Shown here piece after piece: positions 13,701 through 25,700 of a DNA stretch of 64,000 nucleotides. The translations under genes were made by a program, and so were the position numbers. Source of the stretch: Phoronis australis (lineage: Eukaryota > Animalia > Phoronida); NCBI GenBank assembly GCA_002633005.1, contig NMRA01000352.1:224905-288904 (forward strand), written 5' to 3'. The notes beneath the pieces are model-generated. The model worked only from the letters and a program-made list of their open reading frames with translations, was not told the DNA's origin and did not search any database. Position 1 is the first letter of the stretch, and every line of letters begins with the position of its first letter.

Positions 13701-15605
13701 CAACATGGTGAAGTGCTGTGTGTGATTTATTATTTTCCTTGAACTGTGCCTAAAATTTTACATCTGACTCTGTTTGCAAGTTGCCTTGTGGCAGCCAAGT
13801 CACACAATGCTTTGATGATAAGTCTCAAAGTGGAACCAGTTATTTTTTTAGCATAATTTCTGTTGGATTTGTAACTGTGCTCACTGGTTTACCTGTCCTT
13901 TAGTTCCGTAATGAAGAAGATGCAGAAAAAGCTGTTAACGAGCTCAACAATCGTTGGTTTAATGGTCGTCCAATCACAGCTGAGTTGTCTCCAGTGACAG
14001 ATTTCCGAGAGGCCTGCTGTCGTCAGTACGAAATGGGGTAAGTGTTGTTCCATAACCATTGCTGACTTGTTTTCCAATTTTCTCTGTTCTGAACATGTGA
14101 TAAAGTGGCATTATTATTTTCGCGATTATTGTTGAATGGGATAGACATTCACACTCTGTTTACGCTATAACTCCAGAATGACTCACTTTAAGTCGATATA
14201 CCACCATGAGCTCAAGTCGCCACGTTTGATCGTTTACACTCCATGTTCGCTTTATCCTGACTGGTTCAAATTGCCTTGAGTTCATGTTGATACTACCAAA
14301 AACCCGAGTCATTTTAGGTGCTGCGCCGTTTGCTAGAAGAATCCTGTCTATGTACGGATCCTTTTGTCCTGTGAAGAACTTCCTTTACAAAATGGCGGGC
14401 TTCTCTTGTTATCGAGAAGAGTACTACTGATGTGAATTTTGGGTCAAATTGGACAACAGCATAGTCGTTCAATGGCAATTTTGTTTTTGTTTGTTTGTTT
14501 TTTTCTATCTGTCAAGCTCCTTGATGGATGTTCATGAAATTTGCAAATAAATTACTATAACTTAGCCCAGTTCAGCTCATCGGTTTGTTGTGTGAACATT
14601 ACATCAATATTATCCACCTTGTGATTGGATGAAAACAGACATGGTTGTTCTGTAGTGTACGAACTGACCGTACGTAATATCCCGTTGGCCGTTTTAATTT
14701 TTTCAATAGTGCCTTTTGATGATTCCTGACTTTGAGAAATGAGCATTATTGTTTTCAACCCTCTTTTCGTTTTCTTCAGCCTCTGTTTATCAAATTGCTC
14801 AATAAGTGGGGTCCAATTGTTTTAACGCTTCCTGGTGACAATTTTTTTCATCCACAGATGTATCTCATAAACACCTTGTAGGATCTTGTGAAGTTTCGAA
14901 AACAACATGTGACAACTCCTTTCAGATGAATCTGACTATCACTGTGCCTGGTGGTGTTATTTTTGTTTATTACCTGTCCCTGATATCTTCGGATGACAAT
15001 GGAAATGAGTCTCTAACTTTGTACTGTCTTTGTTTCCCACTTGTACTTTGTTATGTATTTTTCTTGTATTTTCTGTACTTGTGTGAGCTAAATAAATAAA
15101 TAAAAAGTATTTGGAGTTCCTGGATGGATTTTTGTGAAATGTGACAATTAGATTTCTATTAAGGAGATGTCAAGGCCTTTTCGTTTTCAGACTGGTTGGA
15201 AAAAATCTGCGCCACATAGTGCCGATTTTTTTATACTAATTAACAACCCCGGAAGCATGCCGTTTGCGGTACTCTTGTGAGCCCATTTCAGCGCACTACT
15301 TGTTCTTTTTACAGTGTTTGTTCTCTCAGATTATTGAAATATGTTAATAATTGCGTTGTATAATTTCCAGTGAGTGCACCAGAGGGGGCTTCTGCAACTT
15401 CATGCACTTGAAGCCAATCTCTCGTGAACTGCGCCGTGAACTATACGGACGTAGCAAGAAAAATGGTCGTCGCAAGTCAAGATCGCGCTCACCTAATCGT
15501 CGAGGATCACCTCGTCGCAGAAGGTCAAAGTCGAGGTCACGTAGCCGCGAACGCGGTGGCGGTGGCGGTGGAAGGCGAGACAGGGAGAGATCCGGCCGTT
15601 TCTAA
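3261..15605 (+). CDS. U2AF1: U2 snRNP auxiliary factor small subunit (U2AF35), 7 coding exons, 238 aa
   Basis: Exons 3261-3304, 8180-8267, 8683-8749, 9913-9989, 11345-11416, 13904-14037, 15371-15605. All are GT-AG, in frame, 717 nt total. Protein [44 protein letters not shown]...[25 protein letters not shown]...[44 protein letters not shown] followed by an RS/Gly tail: ZnF1-UHM-ZnF2-RS architecture. Confidence 0.97.
3905..5587. mobile_element. Non-autonomous DNA transposon (hAT-like ends, 5-bp TSD) spanning an assembly gap
   Basis: TIR CAGGGCTCGAC...GTCGAGCCCTG; CAATA duplicated on both flanks; repeated subterminal TGCGACCTG motifs at both ends. Confidence 0.75.
7112..8120. mobile_element. 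Non-autonomous hAT-type transposon in U2AF1 intron 1
   Basis: TIR CAGGGCTTCAT...ATGAAGGCCTG; perfect 8-bp TSD ATGTGATG; subterminal GGGCGTCCA/GGGTGTCCA repeats. Confidence 0.85.
8180..8267 (+). CDS. U2AF1: U2AF1 exon 2 (ZnF1)
   Basis: [29 protein letters not shown], 88 nt, tttcag/gtac. Confidence 0.95.
8683..8749 (+). CDS. U2AF1: U2AF1 exon 3
   Basis: [22 protein letters not shown], 67 nt, ttttcag/gtaagg. Confidence 0.93.
9913..9989 (+). CDS. U2AF1: U2AF1 exon 4
   Basis: [25 protein letters not shown], ttccag/gtacgt. Confidence 0.93.
10675..10733. repeat. (CA)n / (CACG)n microsatellite
   Basis: Directly visible. Confidence 0.95.
11345..11416 (+). CDS. U2AF1: U2AF1 exon 5
   Basis: [24 protein letters not shown], tgcag/gtgagc. 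Confidence 0.95.
12154..12900 (+). mobile_element. DINE-1/HINE-like (Helentron-associated) non-autonomous element
   Basis: T-run followed by subTIR ATGCGCCCACA, then a (CCGT)n microsatellite, central repeats with CCACCTAGTGGC, and a 3' GTGGGCGCAT followed by a degenerate hairpin. A 21-bp tandem repeat follows (12900-12963). Homologous to 34351-36048. Confidence 0.7.
13028..13243. mobile_element. MITE with TA-flanked TIRs (Tc1/mariner-like)
   Basis: TA-CCCTAAACTTGTGGGTAAA...TTTAACCCGCGAGTTTACGG-TA, with internal ~60-bp tandem repeats. Confidence 0.6.
13904..14037 (+). CDS. U2AF1: U2AF1 exon 6
   Basis: [44 protein letters not shown], tttag/gtaagt. Confidence 0.95.
14495..15304 (+). mobile_element. 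Degenerate copy of the same HINE-like family
   Basis: 3' end GCCGTTTGCGGTACTCTTGTGAGCCCATTTCAGCGC resembles the 3' end of the 12154 and 34351 copies; internal GCGCCACATAGTGCC. Confidence 0.45.
15371..15605 (+). CDS. U2AF1: U2AF1 exon 7 (ZnF2 end and RS domain, stop)
   Basis: [30 protein letters not shown]...RSRSRSP...GGGGGG...SGRF*. Confidence 0.95.
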
Positions 15606-18473
15606 ATTTGATGACCCGACTTCGTAGAACTGTATACGTGTTGTACACCAGTTCACCATATCAACAACTTCTGTGAATATTGCATTGTATCAAAATGTGA
15701 ACCCACCAAATGACATATTCCCTATTAAGAAAACCTTTTTTCTAGCAAAGGATTTTCAGCAAAATATCTCTCAGTCGCAAACTGAGGGAGCGTTTTGAGG
15801 CGCCCTCATACAGATGCAGGTGCCTGGGCGTCTTCTGCCCACTGCTGTATCTTACACTCCTTGCAGGATCTTTATTAAATTTCATAGATGTGTTCCTATG
15901 AAGCTGATGAAGGATGCCGGTGACTTTTGAATGAATACAACTATTGCTGTGCACCTTGTGGCATTTTATTTTTCACTTGTAGTTACCTAGCTCCTTTAAA
16001 GGTTTTTGATTAAAAACACGACTGTATTTTCTGTTGCTCAGCTTGATATACCAGTACACCTGCTCATACCCTCTGTACAATTTTGACGTTTGTGATCGTA
16101 TCGAGGACGTGGCTGTTGTTCGTTTTTGAATGAACCTGACTACTATGGCTGCCTGTATTAGCAAATTGTCATTGCTTTATTGTGTACCAAGTTCTTTGAT
16201 AGATCGTCATGAAATTTGACATGTGCTCATGAGAAAGACAGTAGAGAAGGTAGTGAGAAGACGGTACACTAGTAAAATGTGTATGAAAATTAGCATGTCG
16301 TTCTCGCTGACTTCTTCAATGGCAAATGGTTGTAAGCATCATAGTACACCAAAGTAAAACAATAAGATGGTGTTATGTGCGAAAAAGGGGGTCAGGGAAA
16401 TGGCAAAAGGGAGGGGAATTGTGCTGTGACTCCATAAACCTGGAGTAATGGATAGTAGGTCCATCATCGGGGTTGAGATTGGATGTGGCTTTGATGGTTA
16501 CTTCTTACTGAAATATAACTAGACGGGAGACTCACGACCACCACCAGGACAATGAGGTCATCCACAAACATCTGCCGAGGAATGAGTCAGCAAGGATGAA
16601 ACAGCTGGCATCTTTGTTCAGTTTATCATCTTTTTGCTACTTTTTACTGTTTTATTACTAGTATTTTGCACTGCTTTAGGTAATTGATTGCAACTGGTCT
16701 TGAGAAAGATGCAACTGTTAGTTTTTAGATGGATCAGACTTCCACGAAGTATTACCAGTAGTAACAAGACTTTAAATTTCCTCTCTTAAGAGGATTTCCT
16801 TTTTTGGTTTCAATTTTCTTCTTTATTTGATTTCCAGTTTCCTCTTTTTCAGTTTTGACTTCATGCAAAACGTTAATTTCAGTTAAATTTTACAACACAA
16901 AAACATTTCCGTCGCACAAGATAAATTTGTGGAACTATACATCACCTGTAAAATTTTTCTTTTTTTGTCATTTGTCATTCCAAACCCTGTAGTAAGTACG
17001 AGCACATTTTAAATCTTAACTGTTGACCATGCCTCCGGTGGGCACATGTCAATGGTGTGCTGTGCTCTTGTTTTTATATCTTGTAATGGAACTGTCTACG
17101 TAGTTTATGTGTACATACATGTACATCAATTTTTAGTTCCTTAAAACAAGTAGTTTTTGTATACAATATGCCAATGTACTGTTATAAACTCTGCATATCA
17201 AATGTGTAGGCTTTCCTAACCCTGGTGTTACCTTGGCAACACATTTTGCAATGTTTGTTGTATTTTATGTGTGTAAGAAATCATGAACAGAATCTGGTCT
17301 TTTAATCCACACTGTCCTTGCATAAACGTCTCATGATACTACTCTCTCGCTTTGCAGTTGGTGTGAAAACACTCGATACCTAGGGGCCATTTTTTGTATT
17401 TGAAAGTTTGCAAGAATAATGCATGAAAGTCAGTTTGACTATCGAAATTGTTTTGTACCTACCAACATTTATAGAAATAAACCTGATAATCTTGACTGGT
17501 CAATGTAATCCATGGTTAACCCAATTCAGCAGCACTCGTACTTTCATGCTCCTTACTATGTTGATTTATGGCTGGAACTAAACAGTAATGCTATTTTGGC
17601 TTATTTACCCAACCTACCGATGTACTTGCAGGTAATTTGTAAATGTGAAAAAATGGATGACCCTTAATTAATTGCCTTTAAATTTGTTGAATCCTTGTGC
17701 ATTGGCCATATTGAGGGGTTTGGTGTAGAAATTGGACCATATTTTATGACTTTTCGCAATGTTTTGAGCTTCTTCAACAAACGATTTTTAATCGACTAAA
17801 TCAAATTTGGCAAAAGTAGCTAGTCTTACTATTACAGCTAATAAATGATGTGAAGTGTCCTGTCACGCAATGCAGTATGGGTAATAATTTGAAGTTCACT
17901 GTGGAGTGGCATTTGGCAGGCCACAAGTTATTGAAGAACCCAATTTAGAACTTATTTGATGTTCCTAGGCTCGAAACATTTCATGGAGATAGATGTGTAC
18001 ATTTAGCGCTCTCGAAAAGCAAAAATTAGTTTAAGCAGGGCTTGGAAATTCCCTCCTATTAATAAGAGGATTTCCTCATTTTTGGATTTCCGCATTTGAT
18101 TTTCAATTTCTTCTTTTGTCGTCTCTTTTTATCATAATATTTTGACGTTTGACGTTCAGGGCGGCGGAGGGCTCACCTGAGTGCGAGGCGGCTATATAGT
18201 TAGGTCTATTCAGGCCTATAGGCATGGATCAGTCTGGAATTATGGCCGATGCCTCATGAAAAGTGATATACGACGGCGCGCGCTCGGCGACAAATTAGAG
18301 GAAAAAAGCCTTGGCTATCCGCCCGCGCCCCGGACGCCCTGTTGGGCCCGGAGTCCCAATCGTTGACGACCACGCCACTCCTCGATCAATGCCCCCGGCC
18401 AACGCCCGCCCCCGCTGGGAGGGCAGGGTCCCACTGGCCGGGCTGCTAGGCCGCGGTCTCTACTGAAACAGTG

Positions 18474-18650
18474 CAGAGGCGGATTTAGAAGGGGGGGCAA
18501 GGGGCCGGCCAGGACCCCCTAAAATTCTCCTAGGTTGGATTTGGGAGTTTGTGGTGCGTATGTACGACGGCCAAGATCCTGGCTACTTAAATACTCTGCC
18601 CTGCCCCCCCGGGAACCCAACTTAAAATTTTAGCCGGACATTCGCCCCTG
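18474..18650. mobile_element. MITE (CAGRGGCGGAT-type), apparently nested in a GC-rich element (~18157-18663)
   Basis: TIR CAGAGGCGGAT...ATTCGCCCCTG with 5-bp TSD CAGTG. Related G/C-run MITEs occur at ~6012-6173, ~20610-20839 and 31445-31679. Confidence 0.65.
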
Positions 18651-19489
18651 CAGTGCCGCCCTCGTCCTCTACAATAAAATGCTGAGCAGTGCTGTAGTGG
18701 TAAAATTAGAGGTAAGTAGGCGCCCAAAGCCCACCGTATCACCTCGAGCACTGAAACATAACTTACGGTGCGTAGGCGCTACGTTAATTCAAATGCTGCG
18801 CCTATGTACGTGCGCCTCAAAGCCCCACTACACATATGGCACTGATGCTGAGACGGTGGCACCAGACCTCCAGTCGCTGGTCGAACACAAGACATGAGCT
18901 TAAATGTAACCTGAGACGGTCATGCGGTGTTTCCATATACCTCAGTATTTTTAAGGATCGGATTCTCCGCAATAATCTATGCCCAAAATTGTGAGTAACA
19001 AATAGCTTCACGTCTACAGCAATTTCCAGGCCTAGGTTGCGCGTTCAACCGGTTGCCCTTCGATCCCTGCCCCCTGCCCACGGAGGGATGGGCGGGCTAT
19101 AGCCCACACCTTTTTTAGTGCCAGTGCGCCGCCCATGTAAAACGGGGATTCCCCGTGGCCCGGGCGCCGTCAACGCAATGATCCGCTGGCCTAAATCGAA
19201 ACTAGCGGGTACAAGCCTACATGTCCTACGTAATGCACGACGGATTTCTAGTTTCACAGCTGTTGACGAACTCCCCGTCGTGGCACTGTAACTTCAGTTT
19301 CAACTCATGATTTAGCAACAACAAACGACACTGCACCTTACTATACATGGATTATAATTGGAAACCCGCCAAAATTATTCAGTCACCACTGCAAAATCAT
19401 CCATTTACTGCCTACGCACTGAGCAGCACGTAGTGTGGGTCAAGACACTCCCAACCAATCAAAACTCTTGCATCGGTTCAATGACCTAT

Positions 19490-19612
19490 TTTTGCACACG
19501 GCACGCTTCATGCGTTGGCCTTATCTGCGGTATTTGTACCGTGACACAATATTGCACATGACAGTGCGCCCGGCTTTTGCACACGACACCCTAATATACA
19601 ACAAATATAAGG
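19490..19612 (+). promoter_or_regulatory. Metal-responsive promoter of MT-L: three MREs and a TATA box
   Basis: MTF-1 core TGCRCNC at 19493-19499 (TTTTGCACACGGCAC), 19565-19571 (TGCGCCCGGC) and 19578-19584 (TTTTGCACACGAC); TATAAG at 19606; CCAAT at ~19455. Conserved in the paralogue's promoter. Confidence 0.8.
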
Positions 19613-19725
19613 ACGAGTTTCGCGATTGCCATTCATTAACACAAGCAGCTAACGCTACCAGAAGTGTAACGCACTGTGTGTGACGACGTTCAGTATATTG
19701 ACAACGCGTAGTTTTAATATCGACA

Positions 19726-19738
19726 ATGGCAGATTCAA
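19726..19738 (+). CDS. MT-L exon 1 (MADS)
   Basis: ATGGCAGATTCAA|gtgagt; conserved at 32582-32594. Confidence 0.8.
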
Positions 19739-22700
19739 GTGAGTAGGACCACCGCGTACGCACTTTGATGTGTATTAATATCTCTAATTTAGCCTAAATT
19801 TACACTTTCTTATACATCACATTCCGTGTTATTGAGTTATTGTATAATTCTTAAATTGAGTTTAAGCAGGTTTCTATCTACTGGTGATGCTTACGGCCGC
19901 TATTGAATTCAGCCGCTCACCTCTAAAAGTGACCGACGATTTCGGAAATAAAGTTCGCTGATACTGGCGCTCCCTTGATCACCTACAGGTGCAGTCTAAC
20001 TGTTTTCAGGTAAAACATGTACGTGCGAGGCCATGTGCAAGAAGGACGTCCCCGCGTGTACTCCTCCTGCCAAATGCGAGGGTCCGTGTAAATCATGCAA
20101 ATGTGCAGGTAAATGACGCGATCCTTAATTATTCATGATTAAAAATACAGTCTTGCAATTACTGTCATTTACTGTCACATAGGCCGCGGTGCGCCGCATC
20201 TGTCTTTGATTTTCTTGTAGGAAGCTGGGCGGAAACCAGCTTTTATTTTTTTAAAATCTGTTCAAAGTAAAAAAATACTGACTAAACACGTATATCTCGT
20301 GAAAAAATAAAGACAAGTAAATAAGAATAATATTTTGTTAGAAAATTTAGAGATAACGGACTTAAAAGATATTTGCACATAAGTACAGCCTGGTAAAGGT
20401 TTACAGTTACCTTAAACGTCAAGCCTAACGCCAAAACGCAAGTTCCCATGATATCATGGTTCTACCAACACGACATACCGATCTTTTTTCAAAATAAAGA
20501 CCTAATGTTAATTTAAAGTTAAAAATTTCAATTTCTAGTGCTGTGGGATAAATGGATGCCTCGCATACTTAAATAGCCGTGAGAGAATATTAAGTTCAGT
20601 ATCTAGGACCGGTAGCGGATGAGGGGGGGGGGCTCAGACCCCAGGTCGCGGCGGAATTGTGTTCCCGTTTTTTTTTTCCTTATTTTTTAGTCCACCGACA
20701 GAATTTGCGAACAGAAGGAGAAGGCCCACACCCTCAGCCCCCGCAACTTTCGGGCCCCCTGTGCACATACAATCGCGCTTTGCCCAATTCCCCGAGGCAA
20801 CATGTTGGGCCCCCCTTAGCCGCGTATCCTAGATCACTGAATAACCTCGATACCGTCGTAGACTGTATTTATGAACGTGTATAGATACATGTATTCTGTA
20901 TTGCGTTCCTTTATTTTGTATTATACACGAAGGTATCTAGCGTAATCATTATTATGGTGCTGTCCCCTTATTCATTGGTAACTACTAGCCACGACAAGAA
21001 TGAATGAAGTGCTTATGTTTGTTCCTCTCACCAGGTGGCGACTGTCAGTGTGGTTGCGGATGTGACTCCAAGACCGCCTGCAAGTGCCCCGTCACGTGTT
21101 CATGCATCGTAAGATGCGGTTGCAGGGGTGAGTCATTTCTATCAACATCCCAACAGTTATCGCTGCATTGCTCATCGGGAGATTTCAAAATAATTTCTCT
21201 GTTCAAAAAAGTTCCTAGTGGGGATCAGGGCTCATTAGTTCGTAACACAGAACGAAATCCATAGTTTTCGCAGTATTCTTTTCGCAGTATTAGTTTCTGG
21301 ATGAATACCGCAGGAAGTTCATTAAGACGTTTTGAATATTTTGTCAACAATTTTGACGGAAGGTGAAAAAGGCGATGACATCGGTTTTGGAAGCGGAGAC
21401 TGATGGTCTGACGCAAAAAGGTGCTTTGAAGCCCGGAGGCACAGTGCATATTTGTGCGTGAAACAGCTTGGTAGTAGTTTTTGCCTTGGTGAACTATGTT
21501 TGTCAAGATGTGTTATATTTAAGTCCCCGGTGTTCGTGTGTGTCGAAGGTGAAAGTGTTAATGTCGGCTACTGGTTTATGCGTATGTATTAATTGTCTCT
21601 CCCTCGCAGTATCCATTAGCAGCGTCTTTTCAGTTCTCGTTTAAAGCAATTCTTTTTTTGCAAACTGTAGTTACTTTCTCACCAGCCACAATATTCACTA
21701 CTTATTCTATGGTTACTCCGGTATATGGTGTGTCATCTGCCCGACTAAGAGTCACGTGACATTTGTATATGTGTCCACTTGCTGCTTTTTAGTTGATTTG
21801 CGTCGACTGGGAATTCAAATTTCATGTATTCTTCTTGTTGTTCACTCACTAGGGGGCGCCTGCGAGTGTGGGTGTGGCTGTAGCTGCTGCGTGCCATGTT
21901 GTTGCCAGATCACGTGTTCCTGCAAATCCAACTGCAAATGTGCTGGTAAGGACCTACTCTAGCTGTTGTACTAGACAAATAGTTTTGTAAAACCCTTGCT
22001 ATGCAACGACTCGTGGTGGAGAGTTTTACCGGTCTTCTAGATTTTTCATCACACGTCCGGTGAACGTGAGGGTGATTATTGTGCCAAATATGCTCTTTTA
22101 ACTCAAAGCTTACTACGTTATCGTCTATAGTCTAATATATGAGAAATTATTACAGTAAGTTCATAACTTTCAACGGGCAAACTGGTCACTGCTGCTACAT
22201 TCTGGTATTTACGCGCAAGAAATCCATGTGCTTAAAATGCATGGGTTCACGATAAAAATCAATGCTGGTGACAATGCCTCTGGCGAGGAAGAACACTGGT
22301 GTTTTTTGCCTCGGATGTCATATTATGCTCAATGATTTTTTTCTACAGGTGGCAGTTGCCAGTGTAGTTGCGGCTGTGACTACAAGACCCCCTGTAAGTG
22401 CGCGAACGCCTGCTCTTGCAAACCGGCCCCGTGCTGTGAACCAAAGTGTAAATGCGCTGGTGAGTTGATGTTACGGGCTCCTATGAGGCCAAAAGCAAAC
22501 AATGTTTTAAATGACATGCCCGGTCTCCGCACAATCACGTCGTTGCAGCTCTGAAACTGGTTTGAATCTGGTAAAAAAGTTGATAAAATAAGATCATAAA
22601 ACAACGTCACCACTTTTGCCCATCAGAGGTGGATTTACCTTCGAATATGTGCGCAAGTAAAGATATCGTGCCACTGCATCAATTTTCAAAAAGGCGAGAA

Positions 22701-25700
22701 CCAATTATAATTTTTGGCTGTAGTGTTGTATTACCTATAACCATTTTAAGGTGTGTGTATGCCAAGGCAATGTCTGCCTGAGGTATCCTTGAATTGTTTA
22801 CTACATGAACGTATTGTTGTAAAGCTACATGCGCTTGTTTTTGTGTCTGTAACCAAATAAACATCAAACATTAAAGTTTTAGCATGAATTCGCATTTAGG
22901 CAACGTGAAGTTCTCAATTTCCAACTCGCGTTATTTTCATTTTTGTCAATAGGTGGCAGCTGCCAGTGCGGTGTCGGTTGTGACTCCAAGACCCCGTGCA
23001 AGTGCCCTGACACCTGCTCGTGCATATCCGTATGCAAATGCGCAGGTGAGTTAATATTATGGTCTCCTATGAGACCAAAACTGGGCATAGTTGGTTCTGG
23101 TCTGTGCTCCTTCTTACTTTGAAACCTGCGCCTCACTCATTAAAGAAAAAAGCGTCCACGGATCCATTTCAGACGAAGCCTCGTTTTTTTGAATTTCACC
23201 ACAAACGCAGACAAGCAACTGGTTTTAAACGCCCTGTCACCACCTCCCCCCATCACTGACAACCACGTCGCTGCATCGTTAAGTAAAGAGTGATTTGAGT
23301 ATAGTAAAAAGAAAGAAAGCGGTGCCCGACTTTCGCCAGTTTCCGTTGGATTTGCCCTCGAAAATTTGCGGTGCCACTGAATCAATTTTCAAAAAAGACC
23401 GGGGTTTTAAATTGGAGCATGAATTTTCCTTTACACAACTTTAAGTCCTCATAATTTCCCTCTCTTTTGTCCTGGTTAAATTTCTAAAATAGGTGTTGGA
23501 ATGTCGTGCAGTTACCCAAGATTAAGAAGAGTAAAATATTATAAAGTAAAACGATGAACGTAGGAACCAAAATATATTAAAATATGACTGACGTTCGTCG
23601 TTTTACTTTATACTATGTTACTCATTTTAAATTTCTGTCAATAGGTGGCACCTGCCAGTGCGGTGTCGGTTGTGACTCCAAGACCCCCTGCAAGTGCCCG
23701 GACACCTGCTCGTGCATATCGAAATGCAAATGCGCAGGTGAGTTGATATTATGGTCTCCTATGAGATCAAAAATGGGCATAGTTGGTTCTGGTCTGTGCT
23801 CCTTCTCATTTTGAAACCTGCGCCTCACTAATTAAATTAAAAGAAAAAGGTTCCATGGATCCATTTGAATCGAAGCTTTGTTTTGTTTTGAAAATCACCA
23901 CATTAGTCAGGTGGATTTGCCTTCGAAAATGTGCGCAACTAAAAATAACGCGTCAATTTTCAAAAAGGCCACCACCAACTATGTTTTTGGCCGTAAAGTT
24001 GTATTACACACCTGTAATCAGGGAGTCGGTATTGGAAGGTGTGTGTAGGCCAAGGCAATGTCTTTGTGAGAGTGTCATCCAGTCGCTAAATACATTTATT
24101 TCATTATTGTAACCCTGCAAGCTTGTCTATACCAAATGTGTTTACATGTTCGCTGCTGGGCACTAAACGTTGAAATTTGAGCATGAATTTTCCTTTACGC
24201 AACGTGAAGTCCTCAATTTAACTTGTGTTAATATAATTTCTGTCAATAGGTGGCAGCTGCCAGTGTGGTGTCGGTTGTGACTCCAAGACACCCTGCAAGT
24301 GCCCCTACACGTGCTCGTGCCTATCGAAATGCAAATGCGCAGGTGAGTTAATATTATGGTCTCCTACGAGATCAAAACTGGGCATAGTTGATTCTGGTCT
24401 GTGCCCCTACTCATTGTGAAACTTGCTCCTCACTCATTAAAGAAAAAGCATCCGCGGATTCATTTCAGATGAAGCCTCGTTTTTTGAAAATCACCCTAGA
24501 CGCGAACAAGTAAAGTTTTAAACGCCATACCATCAACTTTCCCCCCACACGAAGATAACCACGAAGCTGCATCAATAAAACTGATTTGAGTATCCTAAAA
24601 AGAAAGAAAACGGCACCACTTTCGCCAATCTCACTCATGTGGATCTACCTTCGAAAATGTGCCCAATTAAAAAAATAAAGCATCAAGTTTCAAAAAGGCC
24701 ACGACCAACTATGTTTTTACCGTAAATTTGTATTACACAGCTGCAATCAGGGAGTAATTGAAGGTGTGTGTAGGCCAAGGCAATGTCTGTGTGAGAGTGT
24801 CATCGAATCGTTAACTACATTTAGTCCATTATTGTTACCTTGCAAGCGTGTCGATACCAAATGTGTTTATGTGTTCGATACTGAGCATTAAACATTGAAA
24901 TCTGAGTTCTCATTTACATGAAGCAGTCATCAATTTAACTTGTGCTGTTTTTATTTCTGTCAATAGATGGTAACTGCCAGTGTGGTGTCGGTTGTGACTC
25001 CAAGACACCCTGCAAGTGCCCCGACACGTGCTCGTGCAAACCGGCTTCCTGCTGTGAACCGAAGTGTAAATGTGCTGGTGAGTTACCGTCATGGTCTCCT
25101 ACGAGGCTATAAGGGCATAACTTGCTTCTGGTTTGTGCTCCTACTAATTTTGAAACCTGCGCCTCACTAAAGCAAAAACTTCCACGTATACATTTCATGC
25201 GAAGCCTCGTTTACTTTTAACAAACACACGCACGCACGCACGCATGGTTTTAAACACCGAGTGCCATCAGCTCCCTCACCCCCTCCGGCCCCCCTCACAA
25301 ACAGCCATGTCGCAGTAGCACTGAAATTGATTTGAGTACGGTAAAAAATTACGGCCTGGTTCCGCCAATCTCAGGTGGATTTGGTTTTTGGAAGTGTGCG
25401 CAACTAAAAAATATCGCGCCAAAAACTCATCAATTTTCGGAAAAGGCCAGAATAAGTTAATATATGCTTTAGTTGTCAGAGTGTTATATTGCACACCTAT
25501 TGGCAAGGAGTTTATAAAGGTGTGTAGGGCAAGTCATTGTAAGCTTACTTTGTGTTTACACGTTCTCTTTTAAGTAGTAATCGTTAAAATTTAAGTATGA
25601 ATTCTCATTTACGAATTGTGAAATCGTTGATTTCTCACTGGTGATATTTTCGGTTTTGCCAATAGGCGGCAGCTGCCAATGTGGTTGCGGATGTGACTCC

